A stretch of 47,272 nucleotides of DNA, from NCBI GenBank assembly GCA_026991575.1, contig JALXBF010000133.1:1-47272 (forward strand), given 5' to 3'. Numbering within the stretch: the first letter of the stretch is position 1; the number at the start of each line of letters is the position of its first letter. Position numbers and translations under genes: made by a program. The stretch is from Planctomycetota bacterium (GTDB lineage: Bacteria; Planctomycetota; Planctomycetia; JALXBF01). The notes below the pieces were generated by a model that did not search any database, was not told the DNA's origin, and saw nothing but the letters and a program-made list of their open reading frames with translations. Shown one piece after another: positions 47,071 through 47,272 of this stretch.

Positions 47071-47272
47071 GCCTGACCTCTCGCGGGCAACTTCCGGAAA
47101 CTCCCATCACCCTATGCTAGAACCATAGCTGCGGGTAGTTGCTGGCAGAATCGTGGCACGGGCGTGCCTTTGCGGGGCGGTGTGGCGGTGACAGCAAGCG
47201 TCTGGAAAGCGGATCGCTTGAATGGTCGGGCTGGGAAAGCCAGGCAGCTGTCACCGTCCAGTGCCATCAGGG

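Noticed and set aside
47142..47170. Sigma54-like TGGCAC...TGC site
   Set aside because: GG-to-GC spacing is 9 nt rather than 10; the alternative register matches the consensus poorly

Overview
GC-rich bacterial chromosome segment, most likely Planctomycetota (inferred from a PVC-type CxxCH heme protein, a DUF6666-like barrel, an MRLTLRTLLAY-family protein and Tat-signal enzymes). It is mostly housekeeping and metabolic: GH88, a tungsten aldehyde oxidoreductase operon (Zn-ribbon, aorA, aorB, aorC, moaD-like), lpxB, cobB, a small alarmone hydrolase, folD, ktrAB, a YhaN-like SMC ATPase, and an hpf-ptsN-HPr-EI-TIGR03936-rne-larA-like-ygfZ cluster. The most interesting feature is at the right end. 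An uninterrupted 824-aa type III-D Cas7-Cas5-Cas11 (Csx10-like) fusion gene sits between two eroded neighbours that are still stop/start-coupled to it: a probable cas10 C-terminal remnant upstream and a probable cas7 remnant downstream. No CRISPR array is visible. The fusion keeps its structural core, but several crRNA-binding loops look degenerate, so it is either a repurposed solo RAMP or the last piece of a decaying system. All family calls come from motif recognition by eye, not database searches. No rRNA, tRNA or IS element was seen.
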